Shown: positions 40,151 through 51,562, counted from the stretch's first letter. The stretch is DNA of 64,000 nucleotides from an uncultured Pelagibacteraceae bacterium (GCA_902519945.1 CABYLY010000002.1:45356-109355), one strand, 5' to 3'. Translations and numbers: made by a program. The notes: generated by a model from the sequence alone, not told the origin.

Positions 40151-41014
40151 TTATTTTTGACAAATATTACAAAAAAAAGAGGATCTGTTGGAAATCATTT
40201 TTTTATTTATAATTCCTCTACAATCAGATCGCATACAATTTAATCTATTTCTTTCATAAACATTAAAATTTTTTTGAAAATTTCCAGATTTACCTAATGT
40301 ATTTTTAAAATCTCTAATACTTGAACCACCCTTTTTAATTGCATTAATCAAAACCTTTTTTGAATTTAATATTATTTTTTTACAATCTTTCTTGCTAAGA
40401 AATGATGCTTTTTTTTCTGGATTAATTTTACTTAAAAATAAGATTTCACTTGCATAAATGTTTCCTATTCCTGATACAAAACTTTGATCTAATAAAAAAT
40501 TTTTAATACTCTTTTTTTTTCCTTTAAAAAAAGAAAATACATAATCTAAATTAAACTCTTTTTGAAAAGGCTCAGGTCCGAGATGAGAAAATCTTTTTTT
40601 TAAAAGATTTTCATTAACCAAAAATTCAAAAAACCCAAATCTTCGAGGATCATTGTATACAATTTTAAAATTATTGAAGAAAATTTCTACATGATTATGT
40701 TTTTTTGGTATCTGAGGTGAACTATAAAAACTTGTGTTTGTTACTAAATTTTTTTTCTTTTTATTCAATAGATGAACTGTTCCAGACATACCAAGATGTA
40801 AAAGACAGTAACTTTTGTCTGATAAGCAAATAATCAAATATTTTGAAAACCTTTTTACTTTAATTATCTTTTTTCCTTCGATGTGTTTTGCGAAATTTTG
40901 AGGAATTTTAAATCTTAAATTTCTATTTCTAACTAATACTTTTTTTACCTTTTTTTGTCTGGTTCTTTTGTCAAGAGATTGACGGACAATTTCTACTTCT
41001 GGTAATTCTGGCAT
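40151..41014 (-). CDS. mutM: Formamidopyrimidine-DNA glycosylase
   Basis: MPELPEVE, HLGMSG, GIGNIYASE, C-terminal zinc finger. Confidence 0.97.
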   Translation of the reverse strand: MPELPEVEIVRQSLDKRTRQKKVKKVLVRNRNLRFKIPQNFAKHIEGKKIIKVKRFSKYLIICLSDKSYCLLHLGMSGTVHLLNKKKKNLVTNTSFYSSPQIPKKHNHVEIFFNNFKIVYNDPRRFGFFEFLVNENLLKKRFSHLGPEPFQKEFNLDYVFSFFKGKKKSIKNFLLDQSFVSGIGNIYASEILFLSKINPEKKASFLSKKDCKKIILNSKKVLINAIKKGGSSIRDFKNTLGKSGNFQKNFNVYERNRLNCMRSDCRGIINKKMISNRSSFFCNICQK

Positions 41015-41046
41015 TTAATACTATATTGATTATATATTTTTGAATT

Positions 41047-41751
41047 ATGCAACAATACTTACAAAATAAAAAAGGACTAGTCCAAAATGTTTTTAATCAA
41101 GTTTATAATCGCTATGATCTAATGAATGATTTCATGTCATTAGGTATTCATAGATTGTGGAAAAAAAGTCTTTTAACTATGATGAATCCTTCATCCAACC
41201 AAAGTTTGATTGATGTAGCTTGCGGTACAGGGGACATTGCCAAACTTTTTTTAAAACATGTAAATAGATCAACTCAAGTCACGTGTGTAGATCCTAACAA
41301 TGCAATGATTAGCAAAGGTAAAGAAAAATTATCTAAATTTAAAAACATAAACTGGATCATCTCTCCAGCTGAAAAAATTCCTCTGCAGGACAATTTATTC
41401 GATTTTTATACTATAAGTTTTGGTTTAAGAAACACTGCTAACATTGCTAAAGCTTTGTCAGAAGCCTATAGGGTTTTAAAGCCTGGCGGTCGCTTTTTAT
41501 GTTTAGAATTTTCAAAAATACAAAATATAAATTTGGAAACACTTTATAAAAATTATTCTAAGCTAATACCATATATTGGAAAACTTGTTGTTGGCGAAAG
41601 ACAGCCTTATGAATATCTTGTCAAAAGTATAGAAAATTTTCTAAATCAAGAGGAATTAATCGATGCAATGGGAAAGAGTAATTTTGAAAAATGCACTTAT
41701 AGAAATTTATCTGGTGGTATTGTCTCTATTCACAGTGGTTGGAAAGTTTGA
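41047..41751 (+). CDS. ubiE: Ubiquinone/menaquinone C-methyltransferase
   Basis: YDLMNDFMSLGIHRLWK, DVACGTGD, ISFGLRN. Confidence 0.95.
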   Translation: MQQYLQNKKGLVQNVFNQVYNRYDLMNDFMSLGIHRLWKKSLLTMMNPSSNQSLIDVACGTGDIAKLFLKHVNRSTQVTCVDPNNAMISKGKEKLSKFKNINWIISPAEKIPLQDNLFDFYTISFGLRNTANIAKALSEAYRVLKPGGRFLCLEFSKIQNINLETLYKNYSKLIPYIGKLVVGERQPYEYLVKSIENFLNQEELIDAMGKSNFEKCTYRNLSGGIVSIHSGWKV

Positions 41752-43319
41752 TGATTAAAAAATTAATAATTCTTTTTAAACTTGGAAGAAAAGTAGCTTG
41801 TTCTGATATACTAAATATCATTTCAAAATTTAAGGAACCGCCATTAGCCATTAAAATTATATTTAAATTATTATCCTTTTCTTTTTCAAAAAAGAAACAA
41901 ACAAATATTAGCAAAAATGACGGAGAAAAATTATCTCAATCATTAGAGTCAATGGGAACAACATTTATCAAGCTTGGTCAATTTTTAGCTACAAGACCCG
42001 ATATAATTGGTGAGGAGCTTTCTAAGGAACTTGAGAATCTTCAAGATAGGTTACCACCTTTTTCTTTATTGCAAGCGAAAGAAATTATTAGAAATGATTT
42101 AGGTAATGAAACCTATAACTCTATAATAAATTTGACTGAACCAGTTGCTGCTGCTTCAATAGCTCAAGTCCATAAAGCTCAAATAGATGATAATGGAGTT
42201 ATCAAAGATGTAGCAATTAAAATTTTAAGGCCAGACATAAAAAAAATATTTAACGAGGAAATTGATGCAATTATGCTTTTTGCCTTTTTAATTGAATCAT
42301 TCATTAAAAAAACAAAACGGCTTAAATTAGTAGAGGTTGTTTTTTTGCTAAAAGAAATCACAAACTTAGAAATGGATCTGAGATTTGAAGCTGCTGCTGC
42401 AAATGAATATGCGGAAAATACAAAAAATGATGTTGGATTTAGAGTTCCACAAATTTATTGGAATTATACTAGCGAAAATGTGATGACTTTAGATTGGGTT
42501 GATGGAATATCTATTAGAGAAACGGAGGAGTTAAAAAATAAAGAATTTAATACTGAAAAAATAGCTGAAGATATTATACAAAATTTTTTAAGACATGCTG
42601 TAAGAGACGGATTTTTTCATGCGGATATGCATCAAGGAAATATATTTATAGATAATGACGGTCAAATTGTTCCGATTGACTTTGGAATAATGGGTAGATT
42701 AGATAAAATGAGTAAAAGATTTTTAGCTGAAATATTGTTTGGTTTTATTCAAAGAGATTATCGTAAAGTTGCTGAAGTTCATTTAATTGCAGGTCTAGTG
42801 CCTAAAGAAGTTCCAATAGATGATTTAGCTCAAGCCTTAAGATCTATTGGAGAACCGATTTTTGGGCAAGCTGTAAAAGATATTTCTGGCGGAAAATTAT
42901 TAAAGCAACTATTTGATGTAACAGAAAAATTTAATATGCAAACCCAACCACAGCTTTTAATGTTACAAAAAACAATGGTTGTAGTAGAAGGGGTTGCAAG
43001 AAAATTAAACCCTAACACAAACATTTGGACGACCTCAAAACCTGTTCTTGAAAGTTGGCTTAAAGAAACGAAAGATCCAATGACAAAGCTTAACGAAACA
43101 TTCCAAAACACAACCGAAGTGATCAAAAGATTGCCAGAATTTCCAGAAATAATGGATAAAGCTAATCAAGCTCTTACTTATTTGGCTAGTGGACAAATCC
43201 CACAAAACTCAAACTCCTACACGGCTTTAAATACTCAAAAATCAGAAATGATAGCTTTTAGAAATCAATCTATTATTGGTTTATTAGTTCTTGTAATTTT
43301 TGGTCTTTTAATATTTTAA
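41751..43319 (+). CDS. ubiB: UbiB kinase-like ubiquinone biosynthesis protein
   Basis: FIKLGQFLATRPD, AAASIAQVH, FFHADMHQGN, DFGIMG. Confidence 0.95.
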   Translation: MIKKLIILFKLGRKVACSDILNIISKFKEPPLAIKIIFKLLSFSFSKKKQTNISKNDGEKLSQSLESMGTTFIKLGQFLATRPDIIGEELSKELENLQDRLPPFSLLQAKEIIRNDLGNETYNSIINLTEPVAAASIAQVHKAQIDDNGVIKDVAIKILRPDIKKIFNEEIDAIMLFAFLIESFIKKTKRLKLVEVVFLLKEITNLEMDLRFEAAAANEYAENTKNDVGFRVPQIYWNYTSENVMTLDWVDGISIRETEELKNKEFNTEKIAEDIIQNFLRHAVRDGFFHADMHQGNIFIDNDGQIVPIDFGIMGRLDKMSKRFLAEILFGFIQRDYRKVAEVHLIAGLVPKEVPIDDLAQALRSIGEPIFGQAVKDISGGKLLKQLFDVTEKFNMQTQPQLLMLQKTMVVVEGVARKLNPNTNIWTTSKPVLESWLKETKDPMTKLNETFQNTTEVIKRLPEFPEIMDKANQALTYLASGQIPQNSNSYTALNTQKSEMIAFRNQSIIGLLVLVIFGLLIF

Positions 43320-43327
43320 TTCAGCCA

Positions 43328-44533
43328 ATGGAAAATTTATCAAATAAAAAAATTCTTTTTATAATATGTGGTGGCATTTCTGCTTACAAAAGTCTTGAAA
43401 TTATAAGATTGTTTAAAAAGAATAATGCTGAAATAAAAACAATTCTAACAAAAAATGCTAAGGAGTTTGTAACCCCATTATCTGTAGCCTCTTTATCTCA
43501 AGGCAAAGTTTATGATGACTTATTTAGTTTAGAAAATGAGACAGAAATGGATCATATCTCTCTTTCAAGATGGGCAGATGTAATAGTTATTGCTCCTGCA
43601 ACTGCAAACACTATTTCCAAGCTGAGTCAGGGTTCCTCAGATGATTTGGCTTCAACTGTCACACTAGCCTCTAACAAACAAATTTTTTTGGCTCCTGCAA
43701 TGAATGTTAGAATGTGGGAACACCAGTCTACACAGAAAAATCTAAAATCGCTGAAAAGTTATGGTTACAAAATTATTGGTCCCGAAATAGGCGATATGGC
43801 TTGTGGTGAATATGGCGAGGGTAAAATGTCAGAACCCTTAAGTATTTATAATGAAATTCAAAATTTTTTATTAGAAAAAATCAAAAGTAATAAACTCAAA
43901 GCCCTTGTAACTGCAGGTCCAACTAATGAATATATTGATCCAGTAAGATTTATCACAAATAAATCAAGCGGGAAGCAAGGTTACGAAATTGCAAAATCTC
44001 TTCATAAAAGAGGCTTTGATACAACCCTGATATCAGGACCTACAAGTCTAAAAGTCGATGACGAAATTAAATTAATCCAAGTTGAAACAGCCGAGGAAAT
44101 GTTTAAAGCTACACAAAAAAATCTACCAACAGATATAGCTGTATTCGCAGCAGCTGTTGGTGATTTTAAAGTAAGCCACAATAAAAAAGAAAAGATTAAA
44201 AAATTAGATAATTTTACATTAATACTTGAGAAAAATGTTGATATTTTAAGCTATGTTTCAAATCATAATTTTATGAGGCCAAAAATTGTCGTAGGTTTTG
44301 CAGCTGAAACAACAAATATAGAAGAAAATGCCCTTCAAAAGTTGAAAAATAAAAATTGTGATTGGATTATTGCTAATGATGTGTCAAAAAATGAAACCGG
44401 TTTCGACAGTGAAAATAATGAAGTCATGATTTTCTATAAAAATAAAAATATGGAAACAGAAAGACTTTCATTAAAAAAAAAATCAGAGATATCAGAAGAA
44501 ATTGTAGATAGATTAGTTGCTCAATTAAACTAA
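43328..44533 (+). CDS. coaBC: Phosphopantothenoylcysteine decarboxylase/ligase
   Basis: GGISAYK, APAMN, TAGPT..IDPVRFITNKSSGKQG, GFAAET. Confidence 0.96.
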   Translation: MENLSNKKILFIICGGISAYKSLEIIRLFKKNNAEIKTILTKNAKEFVTPLSVASLSQGKVYDDLFSLENETEMDHISLSRWADVIVIAPATANTISKLSQGSSDDLASTVTLASNKQIFLAPAMNVRMWEHQSTQKNLKSLKSYGYKIIGPEIGDMACGEYGEGKMSEPLSIYNEIQNFLLEKIKSNKLKALVTAGPTNEYIDPVRFITNKSSGKQGYEIAKSLHKRGFDTTLISGPTSLKVDDEIKLIQVETAEEMFKATQKNLPTDIAVFAAAVGDFKVSHNKKEKIKKLDNFTLILEKNVDILSYVSNHNFMRPKIVVGFAAETTNIEENALQKLKNKNCDWIIANDVSKNETGFDSENNEVMIFYKNKNMETERLSLKKKSEISEEIVDRLVAQLN

Positions 44534-44970
44534 TGGTGAAAGTTTTAATAAAAAAACTTGATCCATTAGTAAAATTACCTGAATATAAAACAAGTGGTGC
44601 ATCAGGTTTAGACCTGATGGCATTTATAAAAGGGCCTATTGAAATAAAACCAAAAACTTCATATTTAATACCTACTGGCTTATCAGTTGCATTTTCAGAG
44701 AATTATGAAATTCAAATAAGACCAAGATCCGGTTTAGCAGCAAAAAAGAATATTACAGTTTTAAATACTCCTGGGACAATTGATAGTGATTACAGAGGTG
44801 AAATTAAAGTTATCATATACAATCATGGAAATGAGAAATTTTTAGTAAATAATGGTGATAGAATTGCACAAATGATATTAGCACCAGTAGTCAAAATGGA
44901 GTTAGAGGAAGTAAATAATTTGCCTGAGTCTATTAGAGGAAAGGATGGGTTTGGTTCAACAGGTAAATGA
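44533..44970 (+). CDS. dut: dUTP diphosphatase
   Basis: RPRSGLA, GTIDSDYRGE, GFGSTG. Confidence 0.97.
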   Translation: MVKVLIKKLDPLVKLPEYKTSGASGLDLMAFIKGPIEIKPKTSYLIPTGLSVAFSENYEIQIRPRSGLAAKKNITVLNTPGTIDSDYRGEIKVIIYNHGNEKFLVNNGDRIAQMILAPVVKMELEEVNNLPESIRGKDGFGSTGK

Positions 44971-45704
44971 GAATAAAATTAAATAAAAATCAAATTGAAA
45001 TGTTTTCAAGACAAATTGTTCTTAAAAATATTGGAATTATTGGTCAAGAAAAAATCATTAAATCTAAAGTATTAATAATAGGAATGGGGGGATTGGGATG
45101 TCCTGTGGCAGAGTTTCTAGTGAGAGCTGGTGTCGGTACCATAGGAATAGTAGACTCTGACAGTATTGATTTATCTAATATTCATCGACAAAGTCTTTTT
45201 AATATTTCTGACCTTAAGAAATCTAAAGTTGATGTAGCGAAAAAAAAATTAAAAAAAATTAATTCAAAGGCAAAAATAGATTGCTACAAAACAAGATTTA
45301 ATAAAAAGAATTGCAATAGTATGGTCAAAAAATTTAACTTTATTGTAGACGGCTCTGACAATTTTGAAACGAAATTATTAATTAATGACACATGCAAAAA
45401 AGAAAAAAAATTTCTTGTCACGGCTGCTATCAGTAAATTTGATGGACATATTTTTACATTTGATTTTAAAGATAAGAAATCTCCTTGTCTAAGAAGTTTT
45501 TTTCAAGAGGATGAAATTTTAGATGATGTTTTGGATTGTCAATTTGAAGGAGTTTTAGGAACAGTTGCTAACATCGTTGGTACCATACAAGCTAATGAAA
45601 TTTTAAAAAAAATATTGAAAATTGGTAAAAGTCTCAATGGTAAAATTTTAATAATTGATTTACTAAATTTAAATTTTAGAAAAGTAAATTTGAGAAAAGT
45701 GTGA
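44967..45704 (+). CDS. MoeB/ThiF/HesA-family adenylyltransferase
   Basis: GMGGLG, SNIHRQ, DGSDNF. Confidence 0.88.
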   Translation: MRIKLNKNQIEMFSRQIVLKNIGIIGQEKIIKSKVLIIGMGGLGCPVAEFLVRAGVGTIGIVDSDSIDLSNIHRQSLFNISDLKKSKVDVAKKKLKKINSKAKIDCYKTRFNKKNCNSMVKKFNFIVDGSDNFETKLLINDTCKKEKKFLVTAAISKFDGHIFTFDFKDKKSPCLRSFFQEDEILDDVLDCQFEGVLGTVANIVGTIQANEILKKILKIGKSLNGKILIIDLLNLNFRKVNLRKV

Positions 45705-45705
45705 A

Positions 45706-46164
45706 ATGAAAGAAAAAAATACAATTAAATTCATATTAATAATATCTATTTCATTGTTTTTTTTTTCGATAAGCCCTGCACAAGAAATTTATCTATCTCT
45801 AAAAAAAAGTAAAGTTAATGTAAGATACGGTCCAGGTTTCGACTCTCCTATTAAGTTTGTTTACAAAAAAGTAAACCTGCCTTTAAAGCAAATAGATAAA
45901 AAAGAAAATTGGAGAAGAGTAATTGACTTTAAAAATAATAATGGATGGATACACTGGTCACAACTTAAACCAATAAATTCTATTATACCAATTGAGGATA
46001 AAATCCTTTTTAAAAAACCATCAAACTTTTCAAAACCAGTGGCTAAAATTAAAAAAGGGAGAGTGTTAATTTTAAAAGAATGTTTAAATAATTGGTGTGA
46101 AATTAAAACTAATGAATTTACGGGATGGATAAAAACGGGCAATATTTGGGGATTGTCAAACTAA
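45706..46164 (+). CDS. Secreted bacterial SH3-domain protein
   Basis: Signal peptide, VNVRYGPG, two SH3_4-like repeats ending GWI. Confidence 0.82.
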   Translation: MKEKNTIKFILIISISLFFFSISPAQEIYLSLKKSKVNVRYGPGFDSPIKFVYKKVNLPLKQIDKKENWRRVIDFKNNNGWIHWSQLKPINSIIPIEDKILFKKPSNFSKPVAKIKKGRVLILKECLNNWCEIKTNEFTGWIKTGNIWGLSN

Positions 46165-46403
46165 GAGTTTTTAGATTTACTCGTCCACCACTTATCTAAA
46201 ATAAAATACCAAATAGAGTTAGCTATCGGCTCCACAATTGCATCTGTAAGCGCAATCATAAAAGAAACATTAGCTACAAGCATTAAGACTGTTATAGCGA
46301 TTACAAAGTGTCCAATCGTATAAATAAACGTTCTTAAAAGCGAACCTTTGTTATTTGAATAAATTTGTCCAGCAGCTTTGAATATGCCAGATGTTAACTC
46401 CAT
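46161..46403 (-). CDS. Small membrane protein, DUF2061-like
   Basis: RTFIYTIGHFVIA...VEPIANSIWYFILDKWW; TAATG-coupled to the upstream gene. Confidence 0.65.
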   Translation of the reverse strand: MELTSGIFKAAGQIYSNNKGSLLRTFIYTIGHFVIAITVLMLVANVSFMIALTDAIVEPIANSIWYFILDKWWTSKSKNS

Positions 46404-46999
46404 TATTTTTTAAACGGACTTTCAAGCACACATGCTACTAAGTGAACTCTAGCCTGTTCCCCACCATTAAAAAAATTATGATATTTCGTGTTATTTGTTA
46501 TCCATACTTTACCATCAGCCGGAAGATGTTTTGCTACATTTTCAATAACCATAGAACATCCTTTATTAGTAATAATAGGTATATGTAACCTACATTCAGG
46601 ATCTTTGTGCCAGCTTAATGTTGATCTTGGTTCTTTTAACAAAAGTCTTACTCTGCCTAATTTAAACCTTTTACTTAATTCTGCATAAACTTCTTTAAAA
46701 TATGTTTTTTCAAATTCAGGAACTAATTGTGTGTATCTAGACTCATCTATTTCAACATCTCTGGAAACTTCTTTTCCAGTTTCATCTGCAATAGTCCAAT
46801 ATTTTCCTCTTATGTTATTTCCTTCAATAGAACTTTTATCATTTGGGATTTGGTTTAATGGTATAGCACCAAAATGTGTAACACCAGGGGAATTAAATTT
46901 TTTGTTTTTTAAAATTTGATCTAAGTCGTTTCTTAATCTTGAGATATCAAAATTTAGATTGGGAACCTGATAAAAATCTTCAAAATTTGTTGTTGCCAT
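46403..46999 (-). CDS. Fe(II)/2-oxoglutarate oxygenase, aspartyl/asparaginyl beta-hydroxylase-like
   Basis: WHKD...RLHIPI...HNFFNGG..RVHLV: HxD...H triad plus a 2OG-binding Arg. Confidence 0.72.
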   Translation of the reverse strand: MATTNFEDFYQVPNLNFDISRLRNDLDQILKNKKFNSPGVTHFGAIPLNQIPNDKSSIEGNNIRGKYWTIADETGKEVSRDVEIDESRYTQLVPEFEKTYFKEVYAELSKRFKLGRVRLLLKEPRSTLSWHKDPECRLHIPIITNKGCSMVIENVAKHLPADGKVWITNNTKYHNFFNGGEQARVHLVACVLESPFKK

Positions 47000-47023
47000 G
47001 TTTTTTTTCTCTCTAAATAAAAT

Positions 47024-49261
47024 TTAGTTTAATCTTAAATCAAATCGATCAGAATTCATAACTTTTACCCATGCTGCAATAAAATCTTTAACGAATTTAT
47101 CACCTGAGTCCTCACATGCATAGACTTCTGCTAGAGCTCTTAATTGAGAATTTGAACCAAAAATTAAATCAACTCTTGTTGCTTTCCATTTTGTTTTTTG
47201 TGTTTTTCTATCTTTTCCAACAAATGTTTGCTCTGATTTATCTTCTTCTTTCCAAGTAGTGTTCATATCTAAAAGATTTACGAAATAATCATTTGTAAGA
47301 GAACCAGGTCTATTTGTGAAAACACCATGTTTCGAGCCATCATAGTTAGTGTTTAATACTCTCATTCCACCAACAAGTGCAGTCATTTCTGGTGCAGTTA
47401 AGCCCATCAATTGAGCTTTATCTACCAATTTTTCCTCTGCAGAAACATTTGAAGCTCCTCCATTTAAATAATTTCTAAAACCATCTGCATTTGGCTCAAG
47501 TAGACTAAATGAGTGAATATCAGTTTGATCTTGTCTTGCGTCCCCTCTCCCCGCAGAAAATGGAACCTGAACTTTGTAACCAGCTTTTTTTGCGGCCATT
47601 TCGATACCCACACCTCCGGCTAGCACAATTAAGTCAGCCATTGAAACGTTTCGCTTTTTATTATCAAATCTGCTTTTTATTTTACTTAGAGCTTTGGTTA
47701 CTATTGATAATTTTTTTGGATTATTTACTTTCCAATTTTTTTGTGGTTCCAACATCACTCTTGCACCGTTAGCACCACCTCTTTTGTCTGATCCTCTAAA
47801 AGTAGAGGCTGATGCCCATGCAGTAGATACTAAATCTGAAATTGATATTTTGGACTTAAAAATCATATTTTTTAAATCTTTAATATCTTTTGATTTAAGT
47901 TTGTATTTTGGTTTATCAATTGGATCTTGCCAAATTAGTTGTTCTTTTGGTACCTCATTCCCAAGATAGCAAACTCTAGGGCCCATATCTCTGTGAGTTA
48001 ATTTAAACCAAGCCCTAGCAAATGCATCATGAAACTCTTTCGGGTTTTGATGAAAATGTTTTGTTATAGGTCCATAACTTGGATCAACTTTCATTGAGAT
48101 ATCAGTCGTTTGCATCATTGGTGGATGCATAACACCTTTTTTGTGTGCATCTGGAACCATTTTGATTTCTTGACCATTTTTCTTAGGCGTCCATTGATGA
48201 GCACCTGCTGGACTTTTTGTAAGCTCCCACTCATGACCATATAGACAATCCAAATAACCCATATCCCATCTTGTAGGATTTTGGGTCCAAGCACCCTCAA
48301 TACCACTGCTTATTGTATCAACACCTTTACCAGATTTATATCCACTATTCCATCCAGTAGACTGATCTTGAAGTCTTGAAGCTTCAGGGTCAGGACCTTT
48401 GTATGATTCAGACGCTGCACCATGTGATTTTCCAAATGTGTGCCCTCCAGCTACCAATGCCGCTGTTTCATAATCATTCATAGCCATCCTTCCAAATGTC
48501 TCTCTAATATCATGTGCTGCAAGTTTTGGATCTGGATTAGCGTCAGGACCTTGCGGATTTACATATATTAAACCCATATGTGAAGCTCCTAAAGGTTGTT
48601 CTAAATCTCTTTTTCCACTATACCTTTCCACACCTAACATTTCTTTTTCTGAACCCCAATAAATATCATCCTCTGGTTCCCAGATATCAGTTCTACCAGC
48701 TCCAAAACCAAAAGTTTTAAAACCCATTGAGTCTAAAGCTACATTTCCAACAAGTATGAATAAATCTGCCCATGAAATTTTTCTTCCATACTTCTTTTTA
48801 ATCGGCCATAAAAGTAATCTAGCTTTATCTAAGTTAACGTTATCTGGCCAGGAATTAAGTGGTGCAAATCTTTGATTTCCAGTTCCAGCTCCTCCTCTGC
48901 CATCACCAGTTCTGTAAGTGCCCGCAGCATGCCACGCTAATCTAATAAACAATGGACCATAATGACCGTAATCAGCAGGCCACCATTCCTGGGAGTCTGT
49001 CATCAACTTTTTTAAATCTTTTTTTAATGCTTTATAATTCAGTTTTTTAAATTCTTTAGCATAGCTAAATTTTTTATCCATAGGGTTAGATAAGTTCGAG
49101 TGCTGACTAAGGATCTTAAGATTTAAACTGTTTGGCCAAAAATCTCTTACAGTTTGACCTCTGCCTGCAGAAAACTTTGCAGGTGTTCCTGCTCCAGTAA
49201 ATGGGCATTTGCTCATTTGATTAGCTTTAAAAGATTTATCTTTGTAATTTTCAGTACTCAT
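47024..49261 (-). CDS. katG: Catalase-peroxidase
   Basis: [46 protein letters not shown]. Confidence 0.98.
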   Translation of the reverse strand: MSTENYKDKSFKANQMSKCPFTGAGTPAKFSAGRGQTVRDFWPNSLNLKILSQHSNLSNPMDKKFSYAKEFKKLNYKALKKDLKKLMTDSQEWWPADYGHYGPLFIRLAWHAAGTYRTGDGRGGAGTGNQRFAPLNSWPDNVNLDKARLLLWPIKKKYGRKISWADLFILVGNVALDSMGFKTFGFGAGRTDIWEPEDDIYWGSEKEMLGVERYSGKRDLEQPLGASHMGLIYVNPQGPDANPDPKLAAHDIRETFGRMAMNDYETAALVAGGHTFGKSHGAASESYKGPDPEASRLQDQSTGWNSGYKSGKGVDTISSGIEGAWTQNPTRWDMGYLDCLYGHEWELTKSPAGAHQWTPKKNGQEIKMVPDAHKKGVMHPPMMQTTDISMKVDPSYGPITKHFHQNPKEFHDAFARAWFKLTHRDMGPRVCYLGNEVPKEQLIWQDPIDKPKYKLKSKDIKDLKNMIFKSKISISDLVSTAWASASTFRGSDKRGGANGARVMLEPQKNWKVNNPKKLSIVTKALSKIKSRFDNKKRNVSMADLIVLAGGVGIEMAAKKAGYKVQVPFSAGRGDARQDQTDIHSFSLLEPNADGFRNYLNGGASNVSAEEKLVDKAQLMGLTAPEMTALVGGMRVLNTNYDGSKHGVFTNRPGSLTNDYFVNLLDMNTTWKEEDKSEQTFVGKDRKTQKTKWKATRVDLIFGSNSQLRALAEVYACEDSGDKFVKDFIAAWVKVMNSDRFDLRLN

Positions 49262-49290
49262 TAATATCCCCTATATTGTTGATTTTTCGT

Positions 49291-49319
49291 AGTTTATAAT
49301 GATTCTAAAAAGGTGTCAA
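49291..49319 (-). promoter_or_regulatory. katG promoter overlapped by an Irr ICE/PerR-like box
   Basis: TTGACA (49319-49314), N17, TAAACT (49296-49291); TTTATAA-TGA-TTCTAAA at 49293-49309. Confidence 0.72.
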
Positions 49320-49354
49320 TTGGTTTAAAATGACGCTTTAATGAAAGAAAAAAA

Positions 49355-49753
49355 TTAGTCCTCTAGCTTTACAAGAACCTCAACAGATTTAATTTTTTTC
49401 CCGTTAATTTTTTTTCGAATATTTATTGGACCAACATCTTCATTATCTAAATCTATCAACTTTTCCTCATTCAAATCATAGAAATGATGATGATCAGTAA
49501 TATTTGTATCAAAATAAGTTTGATTTGAGTTAATAGGGATTTGTTTTAAATAACCTTTTTTTTCAAAGGCGCGAACAGTATTATAAATTGTTGCTAGCGA
49601 GATTTTCTTACTTATTTGTTTCTTTATTCTCAAATCTAAATCGTTAATTGTAAAATGAAATGTTTTGTCAGTATTAAATAGTACTTCGCATATTTGAAGT
49701 CTTTGTTTTGTAGGACGCAATCCAGAATTTCTTAATTTTTCAATATATTTCAC
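49355..49753 (-). CDS. irr: Fur-family regulator, Irr type
   Basis: GLRPTKQR, SLATIYNT, FDTNITDHHHFY (HHH motif); divergent from fabA as in other Alphaproteobacteria. Confidence 0.85.
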   Translation of the reverse strand: MKYIEKLRNSGLRPTKQRLQICEVLFNTDKTFHFTINDLDLRIKKQISKKISLATIYNTVRAFEKKGYLKQIPINSNQTYFDTNITDHHHFYDLNEEKLIDLDNEDVGPINIRKKINGKKIKSVEVLVKLED

Positions 49754-49771
49754 TATTTAACCATATTGTTA

Positions 49772-49788
49772 TTTAAAATTATTCTAAA
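49772..49788. promoter_or_regulatory. ICE-like box upstream of irr
   Basis: Minus strand TTTAGAA-TAA-TTTTAAA, one mismatch to TTTAGAA-N3-TTCTAAA. Confidence 0.6.
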
Positions 49789-49847
49789 CTAGTGTTAAAT
49801 GTATATTATATAGTGGTAAAATCAAGTAAATAAGAGTACTCAATTTT

Positions 49848-50348
49848 ATGAAAAAAAACTCTTACTCATATGATGAGCTTATCAATTGTGGAGAGGGTAA
49901 ATTGTTTGGTCCAGGGAATGCAAAATTACCGCTTCCACCAATGCTCATGTTTGATAGAATTACAGAAATTAATGATGACCAGGGTGCTTTCAAAAAAGGA
50001 TCACTAAAAGCAGAACTTGAAATAAAAAAAAACCTTTGGTTTTTTGATTGTCATTTTAAAGAGGATCCTGTTATGCCTGGTTGCCTTGGTTTGGATGCTA
50101 TGTGGCAATTAGTTGGTTTTTATTTAGGCTGGATTGGAAATCCAGGAAAAGGAAGGGCTTTAGGCGTTGGAACGGTAAAATTTACAGGGGAAGTTTTACA
50201 AGATGTGAGGTTAGTAAAATATGAAATTGATATGAAAAAAATTATGTCTCCTGGTGGTACAACTGTGGGCCTTGCAAATGGAGTAGTTTTAGCTGATGAA
50301 AAAAAAATATATTCAGCAGACAATTTAAAAGTAGGATTATTTAAATAA
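49848..50348 (+). CDS. fabA: 3-hydroxyacyl-ACP dehydratase/isomerase
   Basis: [31 protein letters not shown]. Confidence 0.97.
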   Translation: MKKNSYSYDELINCGEGKLFGPGNAKLPLPPMLMFDRITEINDDQGAFKKGSLKAELEIKKNLWFFDCHFKEDPVMPGCLGLDAMWQLVGFYLGWIGNPGKGRALGVGTVKFTGEVLQDVRLVKYEIDMKKIMSPGGTTVGLANGVVLADEKKIYSADNLKVGLFK

Positions 50349-51559
50349 TGAGAAGAGTCGTAATTACGGGATTAGGAGTAGTGTCCTGTTTAGGGAACAA
50401 TCAAGATGAAGTTCGTCAATCATTATTAAATTCAAAATCTGGAATTTCATTTGCTGAGGAATACAAAGAACATAATTTAAAAAGTCATGTACATGGCAAA
50501 CCTAATATAAAACTTGAAGATCATATAGATAGAAAAACAATACGGTTTATGGGTTCAGGTTCTGCATATAATTACATAGCAATGAAAGAGGCAATTAAAG
50601 ACTCTGGCCTAGAAGAAAAAGAAGTAAGTAATTTTAAAACTGGAATAGTTATGGGTTCAGGAGGGCCTTCAATTGAAAATGTAATTTTAGCAGCAGATAA
50701 AACAAGAGCAAAAACTCCAAAATTAATGGGGCCTTTTATCGTTCCAAGAACTATGGCAAGTACTGCATCTGCAACTTTAGCTGTTCCATTTAAAATTAAA
50801 GGGACTAACTATACAATGAGTTCTGCGTGCGCTACTAGTGGCCACTGTATTGGTAATTCAATGGAATTAATTCAAATGGGAAAACAAGATATTATTTTTG
50901 CTGGGGGTAGTGAAGAAATACACTGGGCTATGACTGCTATGTTTGATGCAATGACTGCATTGTCGTCTAAATATAACGAAACTCCTGAAACTGCCTCTAG
51001 AGCATATGATAAAACAAGAGATGGATTTGTAATTGCAGGAGGAGCTGGGGTTTTAGTGCTTGAAGAGTATGAACATGCCAAAGCTAGAGGAGCTAAGATA
51101 TATGCAGAATTGACTGGTTATGGAGCAACCTCAGATGGATATGATATGGTGGCACCATCAGGCGAGGGGGCTGTAAGATGTATGAAAATGGCTATGGCAA
51201 CTGCCAAAAATAGAATTGATTATATAAATACTCATGGAACATCTACTCCTGTTGGAGATATTACAGAACTAAATGCTGTCAAAGAAACATTTGGATCTAA
51301 TATTCCAAAAATAAGTTCAACAAAATCTTTATCAGGTCATCCATTAGGTGCCGCTTCAGTTCATGAGGCTATTTATTGTTTAATTATGATGAAAAATAAT
51401 TTTATTGCTGGATCAGCGAATATTTATGAAATGGATGAAGAAGCTAAAAAATTCCCAATAGTTGCAAAAACAGAAACTGGAGTTACATTAAATACGGTTA
51501 TGTCTAATAGTTTTGGTTTTGGTGGAACTAATGCTGCTTTAATTTTTGAGAAGGTTTAG
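50348..51559 (+). CDS. fabB: Beta-ketoacyl-ACP synthase I
   Basis: [29 protein letters not shown]. Confidence 0.96.
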   Translation: MRRVVITGLGVVSCLGNNQDEVRQSLLNSKSGISFAEEYKEHNLKSHVHGKPNIKLEDHIDRKTIRFMGSGSAYNYIAMKEAIKDSGLEEKEVSNFKTGIVMGSGGPSIENVILAADKTRAKTPKLMGPFIVPRTMASTASATLAVPFKIKGTNYTMSSACATSGHCIGNSMELIQMGKQDIIFAGGSEEIHWAMTAMFDAMTALSSKYNETPETASRAYDKTRDGFVIAGGAGVLVLEEYEHAKARGAKIYAELTGYGATSDGYDMVAPSGEGAVRCMKMAMATAKNRIDYINTHGTSTPVGDITELNAVKETFGSNIPKISSTKSLSGHPLGAASVHEAIYCLIMMKNNFIAGSANIYEMDEEAKKFPIVAKTETGVTLNTVMSNSFGFGGTNAALIFEKV

Positions 51560-51562
51560 TTA

